Shown here one piece after another: positions 7,479-14,376 of a stretch of DNA of 32,000 bases (its first letter is position 1; each line of letters begins with the position of its first letter). The position numbers and the translations under genes were made by a program. This DNA is from Halomicronema hongdechloris C2206 (lineage in GTDB: Bacteria; Cyanobacteriota; Cyanobacteriia; Phormidesmidales; Phormidesmidaceae). The stretch covers positions 4,200,001-4,232,000 of the forward strand of contig NZ_CP021983.2 of assembly GCF_002075285.3 (NCBI RefSeq), written 5' to 3'. The notes below the pieces were generated by a model. The model saw only the letters and a program-made list of their open reading frames with translations. It was not told the DNA's origin and made no database searches.

Positions 7479-9323
7479 ATGGCCCATGCATTGGCGAAGC
7501 TATCAAACACGAAAGACTCGGCTCAAGGGCATCAGAAGCCAGCGCTAAAGGCCCGACAGGTCTCCTCCCCATCCACGGGTCTGCCCTTAATACAACCCAA
7601 AGTGGGGTGTGCTTGCGGCGGCGGCTGTCCTCGCTGTCAAGCAAAGAATACTATACAAACCAAACTTCAAATCAGCGACCCTGGGGATCAATACGAACGC
7701 GAAGCCGATCAAATTGCTCAGCAAGTGCTCCATAGCGAGTCTGAGAAATCTCCACAGAATTCTCAAGAACCTCCTCAATTTCATTCTGAAAAGTTGCCAC
7801 CTGAAGGAATACAAACAGCATATCGACAGGCTATGGAAGAGGAAGAAGATGAGGATATCCAACTTAAGCAACGAGAGATAAATGCACCAACAGCTAGTAC
7901 AAATCTTGCTGCATCTGTAACCGCTCAGAGTGGTCGACCATTATCGCCTGCTGAACGGGCATATTTTGAGCCGCGATTTGGGCAAAATTTCTCGAGTGTG
8001 CGTATTCATGACGAATCCCATGCCCACGCTGCGGCTAAGGCGATTCATGCCCGGGCTTTTACGTTAGGTAGCCACATTGCTTTTGGCTCAAGTGAATACC
8101 GACCAGAGAGCTTTGATAGTCGTCTACTCCTAGCCCATGAACTAGTTCATACACTACAGCAACGTTCTGGTATCCAACCTCAGTTGATTCAGCGACGACA
8201 AATCCAGGTTAGGGGACGTACCTTTGAAGTAGGGGATGCAAAAGTTGCTAATCGAGATGCTGAGAGAGATATTCTGGGGCAAGGCGTACTGTTCCCTGGA
8301 TCGGATCAGAGACACATTCTCGTAAGTGGTGATGATCGATTAGGGTATGAAGTCTCGCACACCGATCCGGAAGATCCGTTCCGCTGGTCTAAATTCAAAG
8401 ATATTGTTGATAATGGCAAAATCGATATCAAGGCAGTATCTTTGGCAGATACCTTTCCTACCTTGATAGTCCAAAATAGACAATCACGACAGCAAGACAT
8501 TTCTCTGATTTCCCTAGGGGGCAGTGGTATCACCTTAGTACGTGAGTCTTTACTCCGACAAATTTCGCCGAATGAACCGACTATCACAGCGAGTAATGAC
8601 CCCAATCGCGACAAAATTTTCTACGTGCCTCGGGGATCTGGGCGAGGTGCACTGTCCAGTAATTCTCTGGCCCATGAGTTATTTGGTCACTATTGGCTCG
8701 CACTGCAGGGAGTTCCTTTCTTGCATCCACCCTCACGGCAGGATCTGCTGAGGCAAATACAACAGGGTAGAAACATTTCAGGCGAGGCATTCCGCAATGC
8801 GGTTGGCAGGCATCAGCGCCTAGGCGTATTAACTGAAGCTCATGGAATTCGAGGTCCCTTTGGTCATGTCTTTGAGGGGACAGTACGTGACTACATCGAT
8901 CGGCTGGTAGGGTCAGAAACAGGACGGGTTGAATCTCCGACTCGTCGAGTGAGCAACGAGCACTTGATGGCCGAACTGCAAGCACTCTACGACGAGTTGC
9001 AAAATCCCGGGGGGTTGGTTCTACAGGCTGGTGGTCGCGGTGTAATATCGGCTGACGTGGCAAGACACTGGAGCTTTGTCGCCAATAGTTATGAGGTTCT
9101 AAGGCATATACCCGCTGGACCTCCCGGGAGTAGTTTCAGCGCGGGTATGCTTTCTGAGGGAGTTCGCGACCTAATTGTAGAGTGGTATCGGGACATACTT
9201 TCTGAGGACCAACAGCGCGCTTTTAGGAATATTTTGGGGGCCGCCGGCTCTCGCTTCCGAAGTGGCATGCCTCCCAACTTAGCTCGCGATGTTCTTGCCG
9301 AAATTAATCGACGTGAAAGGTGA
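7479..9323 (+). CDS. DUF4157 domain protein (HExxH) with an unassigned ~385-aa C-terminal domain; candidate eCIS-associated effector
   Basis: ATG is 9 nt after the previous stop. The N-terminus has the Cys-rich GCACGGGCPRCQ and DQYEREADQIAQQV. Residues ~153-228, RPLSPAERAYFEPRFGQNFSSVRIHDES..AFTLGSHIAFG....LLAHELVHTLQQ, are the classic DUF4157 signature (HELVH at nt 8136-8150). The C-terminal domain contains HELFGH (nt 8673-8690). Hand-counted GC of single 60-nt lines inside the gene is 35-58%, against 60-70% in the flanking genes. Confidence 0.85.
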   Translation: MAHALAKLSNTKDSAQGHQKPALKARQVSSPSTGLPLIQPKVGCACGGGCPRCQAKNTIQTKLQISDPGDQYEREADQIAQQVLHSESEKSPQNSQEPPQFHSEKLPPEGIQTAYRQAMEEEEDEDIQLKQREINAPTASTNLAASVTAQSGRPLSPAERAYFEPRFGQNFSSVRIHDESHAHAAAKAIHARAFTLGSHIAFGSSEYRPESFDSRLLLAHELVHTLQQRSGIQPQLIQRRQIQVRGRTFEVGDAKVANRDAERDILGQGVLFPGSDQRHILVSGDDRLGYEVSHTDPEDPFRWSKFKDIVDNGKIDIKAVSLADTFPTLIVQNRQSRQQDISLISLGGSGITLVRESLLRQISPNEPTITASNDPNRDKIFYVPRGSGRGALSSNSLAHELFGHYWLALQGVPFLHPPSRQDLLRQIQQGRNISGEAFRNAVGRHQRLGVLTEAHGIRGPFGHVFEGTVRDYIDRLVGSETGRVESPTRRVSNEHLMAELQALYDELQNPGGLVLQAGGRGVISADVARHWSFVANSYEVLRHIPAGPPGSSFSAGMLSEGVRDLIVEWYRDILSEDQQRAFRNILGAAGSRFRSGMPPNLARDVLAEINRRER

Positions 9324-9513
9324 TTTGCAGATTACTTGGACATGAACCAGAGTAAGCTTTCAGAGAGATGGTGATATATCTATTCAAGATTGCCCAATTC
9401 CTGAAAGGCCTCACATCAATACTCTAAATTATGGTTAAAAATATTGTTCTCAACTTTCCAGCAGCTTTCGTACCTCGCTAGCTGCAAAACTGCTGTCGGC
9501 TGATTTTGTCTGT

Positions 9514-10506
9514 TTATTCGTGATTGGGGAAGTGGCAGGCGGCCCAGTGGTTGGGATCTAGCGCTTGCAGCACTGGCATCTCTTGCTGACAGCGGTCTTC
9601 ACCTTTGGGGCAGCGGCCATAGAGGCGGCATACGCTGGGGTCGGGGTTAATCGGGCTGCGGGGTTCACCGGTTAGGGGAATCGGGTGGGGTTTAGCTTCG
9701 AAGCTGGGGATGGCGGAAATCAGGGCCTCGGTGTAGGGGTGGCGAGGGTGATCGAACACGGCTTCCACCGGACCAGCTTCAATGATTTTGCCCAGGTACA
9801 TAACCAGGATGCGATCGCACAACAACCGCACCACATTCAAATCATGGGAGACGAATAGATAGCTCATGCCCAGCCGCCGCTTCAGGTCCGCCAGCAGATG
9901 TAGAATCACCGCCTGCACCGAGACATCCAGTGCCGACGTTGGCTCATCCAGCACCAGCAGCTTGGGATTGAGGGCAATGGCGCGAGCGATGCCCACCCGT
10001 GCCTTCTGCCCCCCTGAGAGTTGGTGGGGAAAGCGGCTCAATAACTCCTGGGGCAGGCCTACCAGGTCTGCCAATTCGGCTGCCCGCTGCTGCAATTGCC
10101 CCTTGTCCTGCTGGTGGCCCAGCCGCCGAATCGGTTCTGTGATGGTGTCATAGGCGGTAAAGCGAGGATTGAGGCTGTCGGTGGGGTCTTGGAACACCAA
10201 CTGAATCCCGGCCCGGTAAGCGCTCTGAGGAAACTGCCGCACCGCCACCGTGCTGAGGATGATGTCCTCGAATCGGATTTCCCCGGCCGTGACATCCAGC
10301 AGGCGGGTAATCAGGCGAATCAACGTGGACTTGCCACAGCCCGACTCTCCCACCAGCCCCAGGCTTTCTCCTGGTTGAATGTCGAAGGACACGTGATCCA
10401 CTGCACGGAGATGGGTCTGCTTGCCCACGGGGAAGGTTTTGCAGAGATCGCGCACCTGTAACAGGGGAGTCGCGGGGGTTGGCGGGGGTTGGGTGAGTGG
10501 GGACAT
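9514..10506 (-). CDS. ABC transporter ATP-binding protein, oligopeptide/dipeptide (OppF/DppF) type
   Basis: Motifs present: Walker [10 protein letters not shown], signature LSGGQKARV, Walker [14 protein letters not shown]-loop FVSHDL, and the Opp/Dpp C-terminal region [12 protein letters not shown] plus a Cys-rich tail. The start is set to ATG 10506 (MSPLTQPP..), because the ORF-track start at 10569 runs through a repeat block. Confidence 0.9.
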   Translation of the reverse strand: MSPLTQPPPTPATPLLQVRDLCKTFPVGKQTHLRAVDHVSFDIQPGESLGLVGESGCGKSTLIRLITRLLDVTAGEIRFEDIILSTVAVRQFPQSAYRAGIQLVFQDPTDSLNPRFTAYDTITEPIRRLGHQQDKGQLQQRAAELADLVGLPQELLSRFPHQLSGGQKARVGIARAIALNPKLLVLDEPTSALDVSVQAVILHLLADLKRRLGMSYLFVSHDLNVVRLLCDRILVMYLGKIIEAGPVEAVFDHPRHPYTEALISAIPSFEAKPHPIPLTGEPRSPINPDPSVCRLYGRCPKGEDRCQQEMPVLQALDPNHWAACHFPNHE

Positions 10507-10563
10507 AAGCTGGAGAGAGGTGGATGGGTAATGGGGTGTTGGGGGATGGGAATGAGTTTTGAA
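10507..10563 (-). repeat. C-rich (on minus strand) repeat-derived leader sharing cores with the blocks at 5919-6053 and 15586-15932
   Basis: The reverse complement reads TTCAAAACTCATTCCCATCCCCCAACACCCCATTACCCATCCACCTCTCTCC. The core AAAAC(T/C)CATTCCCATCCCCCA also occurs at 5975-5995. The core TTACCCATCCAC also occurs at 15729-15740 and 15860-15871. Confidence 0.7.
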
Positions 10564-10568
10564 TAACA

Positions 10569-10843
10569 AACTTTACCACCCAAGATCATTTTCAGGCGAA
10601 ACATGGTGGTTTCAGCAATCGAACGGCGATGGTAATGCGACTGTCGTTTCCACGCCCTGCGTCCGTGTTGGCGAATCGCCCGCAGGTTTTCATCGCGGGG
10701 ATGGGGGGCGCTTTGCAATTACCGTGCTGCCAAAATTTGGCAGTCTTCTGCGGCAGAATCCCGGCTTTGGCTTCCCACTCCTGCAGCGCCTCATAGCAGC
10801 GGCGTTTGTCGTAGGCACCATCGGCGGATACTTGCTCGTTAAC
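10569..10843 (-). pseudogene. IS5-family (IS903-group-like) transposase C-terminal remnant, frameshifted and truncated at both ends
   Basis: Minus-strand translation gives VNEQVSADGAYDKRRCYEALQEWEAKAGILPQKTAKFWQHGNCKAPP. After a frame change in the G6 run at 10703-10708 it continues HPRDENLRAIRQHGRRAWKRQSHYHRRSIAETTMFRLKMILGGKV. From memory this parallels the IS903 transposase tail (ADGAYD..., Y.RRSIAETAMYRVKQLFGG). There is a stop immediately upstream (10844-10846). The last ~35 aa and the whole N-terminal two thirds are absent. Confidence 0.75.
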
Positions 10844-10864
10844 TCATGTTAGAGAAATTTCAAT

Positions 10865-10904
10865 GATTGTCCTGCGGATTGTCCTGCGGATTGTCCTTAG
10901 GACA
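10865..10904. repeat. 12-bp tandem repeat GATTGTCCTGCG x2 plus GATTGTCCTTAG, ending in the perfect palindrome TGTCCTTAGGACA
   Basis: Read directly: units at 10865-10876, 10877-10888 and 10889-10900, and the palindrome at 10892-10904. Confidence 0.9.
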
Positions 10905-10906
10905 TG

Positions 10907-11146
10907 TTAGAGTGTCCATAGAAAGACTGAAGGGCTCAAGGAGACTGCCTCCACTGGTGGGCAAAGCTCCTGCTGGCGAACATAGGCCAGAGTGGTTAAC
11001 AGTCCATCGCCAAAATAATTGGTGATGCCAGTGCTAACACCAACATCACCAAAGCTACTAAAGCTAAAGTAACCAAAAAGTAAACGCGTTAGAGCCAGTT
11101 GCCGCTGGCTCTTTTCATTGTAAGCCTTCAGCAGCACGCCAGCCAA
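10907..11146 (-). CDS. Hypothetical small protein (79 aa), doubtful
   Basis: This is only an ORF with a TTG start abutting the stop of the upstream gene. There is no motif, no SD, and the region is low GC. It is listed because it sits in an otherwise unexplained 240 nt. Confidence 0.2.
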   Translation of the reverse strand: MAGVLLKAYNEKSQRQLALTRLLFGYFSFSSFGDVGVSTGITNYFGDGLLTTLAYVRQQELCPPVEAVSLSPSVFLWTL

Positions 11147-11719
11147 CTAGGCTTTGGTCACCCGCCAGGCTAAAGCACCGTCGACTCGATAGCCCATGCG
11201 GGTGAAGACGAATCCGGCTTCTTTGAAGCGGTCCCCTTGACGCTGCACTTCGGCCTCTGGGATTTCTAGCAGGTAGGCAACGTCTGAGGTTCGGAGTAAC
11301 CAGCCATGGCGGGCAGCGTCTTCCAGTTCTCGATAATTACGCAGGCGTTCGGGTGGCGAGGGAGTCAGTTGCATACGGTCCAGCAGTTCTGACACCACCA
11401 TGGAGACCAGGCTGACAAGCTCTGGGGTCACTCTAGACAGTCCTGAGGACATACCTGAGGACGATGGGGCGGTCATGCCATTGCCTGCTGATAACCCTCG
11501 CATTTCTAGGAATTCAGCGGTGCTGGCCCCCTCCCGTTGCAGGAACTGGTGCAACTCATCCATTAAACGCAGCTGGTCGGAATTGATAAAAGCGCGGTTG
11601 CCAACTTTCTGAGGCTTAATACCCAGGGCGTCCATGCGCGTGTACACAGCACTTCTGGCCAGTCGATAGCGATCAGGCAGCTGGCTAACTGGGATTTTGT
11701 CAATGTTGGCACCGTTCAT
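11147..11719 (-). CDS. Hypothetical protein with a putative helix-turn-helix region (mobile-element-like context)
   Basis: Clean ORF. The segment YRLARSAVYTRMDALGIKPQKVGNRAFI looks like an HTH / excisionase-like DNA-binding stretch (weak call). The start is set to ATG 11719 (MNGANIDK). The alternative ATG at 11764 would place one copy of a 24-bp direct repeat inside the codons. Confidence 0.6.
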   Translation of the reverse strand: MNGANIDKIPVSQLPDRYRLARSAVYTRMDALGIKPQKVGNRAFINSDQLRLMDELHQFLQREGASTAEFLEMRGLSAGNGMTAPSSSGMSSGLSRVTPELVSLVSMVVSELLDRMQLTPSPPERLRNYRELEDAARHGWLLRTSDVAYLLEIPEAEVQRQGDRFKEAGFVFTRMGYRVDGALAWRVTKA

Positions 11720-11721
11720 CG

Positions 11722-11793
11722 TGTCCTCTGGACGGTCCTCAGGATATCTCTTAGTATGGCGCATTTTGATGTCCTCTGGACAGTCCTGAGGAT
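11722..11793. promoter_or_regulatory. Two 24-bp direct repeats TGTCCTCTGGAC(G/A)GTCCT(C/G)AGGAT, 48 bp apart, at the 5' end of the HTH gene; candidate operator
   Basis: Copies are at 11722-11745 and 11770-11793, with 22/24 identical. Each contains the palindromic core TCCTNAGGA. Related TGTCCT/AGGACA motifs are at 10865-10904 and 11441-11462. Confidence 0.35.
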
Positions 11794-11821
11794 GAAGTAT
11801 TCTGCGATCTTGTGTCTGAAT

Positions 11822-13039
11822 CTATGGACAAGGCGGTTCTGCAGCCAGGGCCCAGGCTAGAAATCGCTCCGTGTGATAAAGGGCCAGTTGATTGCTGACT
11901 CCATGGAATACGGTATCGAAAGCGTGGTCAGCCCAGGGGATAGATAGCCAGACTACCCGATTGCCAGTGGCTTTAAGTTTTTGGTAGAGGTCTTGCCCAT
12001 AGCTAGGTTGGACGATATGGTCACGGCCGGCATAGACCAATAGGGTGGGAGGTAATTCTGGGCGCACGTAGTGGATGGGAGAGGCCTGATGGTAGAGATG
12101 GGGGACCTGCTGGGGAGTGCCCCCCAGGAAATCTTCTAATACGGCTCGAGTATCGATGGGATCGGGAATGGGGGGACGTTCATAGCCTGCTCGCAGGTCA
12201 ACGGGACCGTAGTAGTCGATCACAGCCCTTAGGGGCAAGGGACTGGTGTTGTAGGTTGCGATCGCAGCTAGCTGGGCCCCAGCCGATCGGCCCATGATGG
12301 CAACGCGAGTGAGATCTATGGCCAGGTCAGCAGCGTGGTCTCGAATGTAGGCCAAGGCCGTCTGCACATCCTGGAGCTGGCTCGGGAAACGGTAGCGAGG
12401 GGCATGGCGATAATCGAGGGCTACCACGGTATAGCCTTGGGCCGCCAGGTAACGGCCGAGGGATTCGTAGTCGTTGGGGCTACCACTGCGCCAGGCACCA
12501 CCATATACCGCTACTAGAGTGGGATGGGACCCCGGTAGAGATGGGCCATAGACTGTCAGAGTTAGAGGCACGCCATCCGGTTGGGCGAAGACAATATCCT
12601 GCTGCACCGCCACCGAGGAGGGTGCAATCCCCCGAAACGCGTCTACCCATATTAGCGGGCGGGGCCGAAATCGCTGTTGCAGGTCAGCTGGAATCCTGGC
12701 TAAATAATCCTGGCCTAGAGCTGTTTGCATGGCCAGCGTTACTTGTTGGTGAGTGCTGGGTAGTTGGGCCAGCGGCAGTAGACTGAGACTGAGGCCAATG
12801 AGGCTAGCGAGTAAGGTCAGGCGCTGCGGCCAACCTAGCCCACTACCCCAGCGGCCAATCCAAAGGGTGATGGACAGGATGAGGCCTTGGATGGCGAGCA
12901 GCCAGGGGCTAATTTCCGGGGCGCCTACACTCAGGGGCAATAGCCTCGCCGTTGGAGCCGGGATCACGATCCAAAAGCTGAGGAAGAGGCTGCCTAAACT
13001 CGCCACCAACAGCATTAAGGGTCCTAGATAATGTGCCAT
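11822..13039 (-). CDS. Membrane-anchored alpha/beta hydrolase (esterase/lipase-like)
   Basis: The N-terminal ~100 aa is hydrophobic with several predicted TM helices. Catalytic-type motifs are the oxyanion-type VYGGAWRSG, the nucleophile elbow GRSAGAQ (GxSxG), and later DHIV and WADHAF as Asp/His candidates. Confidence 0.85.
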   Translation of the reverse strand: MAHYLGPLMLLVASLGSLFLSFWIVIPAPTARLLPLSVGAPEISPWLLAIQGLILSITLWIGRWGSGLGWPQRLTLLASLIGLSLSLLPLAQLPSTHQQVTLAMQTALGQDYLARIPADLQQRFRPRPLIWVDAFRGIAPSSVAVQQDIVFAQPDGVPLTLTVYGPSLPGSHPTLVAVYGGAWRSGSPNDYESLGRYLAAQGYTVVALDYRHAPRYRFPSQLQDVQTALAYIRDHAADLAIDLTRVAIMGRSAGAQLAAIATYNTSPLPLRAVIDYYGPVDLRAGYERPPIPDPIDTRAVLEDFLGGTPQQVPHLYHQASPIHYVRPELPPTLLVYAGRDHIVQPSYGQDLYQKLKATGNRVVWLSIPWADHAFDTVFHGVSNQLALYHTERFLAWALAAEPPCP

Positions 13040-13165
13040 GATGCCCTGCCCCTACACGGCCCTACCCTGCAGGGGACTGCACCTGGTAGAGCATTGTAAA
13101 CCAACCAATGACCGCAACTGGATATGCGCCGTTGGGGCGGGGGCGTATGTATCTCGATGCTCCCA

Positions 13166-14170
13166 TTAGGACACCAAGATCAACTTGCCAATGTGCTGTC
13201 CTTGCTCCATAAACTCATGGGCCTGGCGCACATCCTTCAGGGGAAAGGTGGCAGCCACCGGCAGACGATAGCTGCCATCGGCTACTCGTTCTAGCACATG
13301 CCGATAAGCGCCTGCTTCCACGCCACTACCGATAAGTTCATTTAAGAGCCACCCCCGAATTGAGGCTCGCTTACGAATAATCGGGGTGATGTCGACGGTT
13401 CCGGGTCGGCCCAGCAACCCATAAATCCACAGGGCGCCGTACTCAGCCAACAGACGAATTTCTTGGTTCAGGAAGTCACCGGCAGCCACGGGGTCAAAAA
13501 TCACATCGAAGCCTTTGCCCCCGGTGAGTTGTTTGGCTTGGCGATACCAGTTGTCTTGGCTGGTGGCGATCAGGTGGTCGTAGCAGGCCTCTGGCATGGC
13601 TTCTAGCTTGGCCACTTTCTGGGCCTGAGTGGTGGTGCCGACGGCCAAACTGCCGTAGTGTTTGGCAATCTGGGCGGCGGCGATGGCAACGCTGCTGCTG
13701 GCGGCTGAAATCAGTACTCGTTGCCCCGGTTGCAGATTTTGTTTCCAGATCAGGCAACCCCAGGCGGTGAGATAGGGCAGCCATAGAGCGCCCAAGATCT
13801 GATCGGGTAAGGCTTCAGGCGCAGGTAAGGTCTTGCTGGCTGCTACGACATAGTGGGACTGGTAGGTTCCTTGGCCCCTGCCTTTGCTGGTGGGGGCATC
13901 TAGGCTGAGTACGACTCGCTGTCCGGTTTGTCGGTCAGTCACGTTGGGCCCGACGGCGGTGATGATACCGCCCCCTTCTAGCCCTGGTGTGAAGGGGGGA
14001 CTGCCGGAACTGAGTTTATAGTCTCCCCGACGGGCCATGAGGTCGGCGTGGTTCATGCCAATGCTGGTGAGGCGCACCACCACGTCTCCCTCACCTGGTG
14101 AGGGATCTGGCGCTTCGATAATGGAGAGCTGCTCCGGTCCTCCGAAGGCGTTGACGACAACCCGATACAT
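13166..14170 (-). CDS. NADPH:quinone oxidoreductase / zinc-type alcohol dehydrogenase superfamily (MDR) protein
   Basis: MYRVVVNAFGGPEQLSIIEAPDPSPGEGDVVVRLTSIGMNHADLMARRGDY is a typical Qor-like N-terminus. A Rossmann-region stretch VLISAASSSVAIAAAQIAK follows. The ATG at 14170 is preferred over the TTG at 14176. Confidence 0.9.
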   Translation of the reverse strand: MYRVVVNAFGGPEQLSIIEAPDPSPGEGDVVVRLTSIGMNHADLMARRGDYKLSSGSPPFTPGLEGGGIITAVGPNVTDRQTGQRVVLSLDAPTSKGRGQGTYQSHYVVAASKTLPAPEALPDQILGALWLPYLTAWGCLIWKQNLQPGQRVLISAASSSVAIAAAQIAKHYGSLAVGTTTQAQKVAKLEAMPEACYDHLIATSQDNWYRQAKQLTGGKGFDVIFDPVAAGDFLNQEIRLLAEYGALWIYGLLGRPGTVDITPIIRKRASIRGWLLNELIGSGVEAGAYRHVLERVADGSYRLPVAATFPLKDVRQAHEFMEQGQHIGKLILVS

Positions 14171-14275
14171 ACACAAGCCTCACGACAGATTCCAGCAATA
14201 GTTCCAGTATCCTTCAGCCAGGGAACCTGAGAGTGGCTTGATTATTTCTATCGCTCGTTGCTGTACACCAGTCTT

Positions 14276-14292
14276 GTTACAGAAGATGTAAC
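14276..14292. promoter_or_regulatory. Perfect palindrome GTTACA-N5-TGTAAC in the divergent intergenic region
   Basis: Read directly. It lies between the minus-strand oxidoreductase start (14170) and the plus-strand membrane protein start (14377). No known regulator is assigned. Confidence 0.25.
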
Positions 14293-14376
14293 CCGGCTGT
14301 CGTTGCCTCACTGGATTGCCATACTAGGCGCAATTCCATAGTCATGTATCCGTTAGCCAGGAGATGAGATTGCCCC

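Noticed and set aside
9324-9513. Immunity or small gene downstream of the DUF4157 effector candidate
   Set aside because: The only ATG-initiated frame I found there is 10 codons long (MNQSKLSERW). The region is a short AT-rich convergent gap.
10507-10569. N-terminal extension of the ABC ATPase ORF (MLFKTHSHPPTPHYPSTSLQL)
   Set aside because: It translates the repeat-derived leader. The internal ATG at 10506 gives a normal-length OppF-type N-terminus.
14260-14292. NtcA or LexA binding site in the divergent promoter
   Set aside because: No GTA-N8-TAC spacing is present. The palindrome has TAC..GTA polarity with a 5-7 nt spacer, so it was kept only as an unassigned palindrome.
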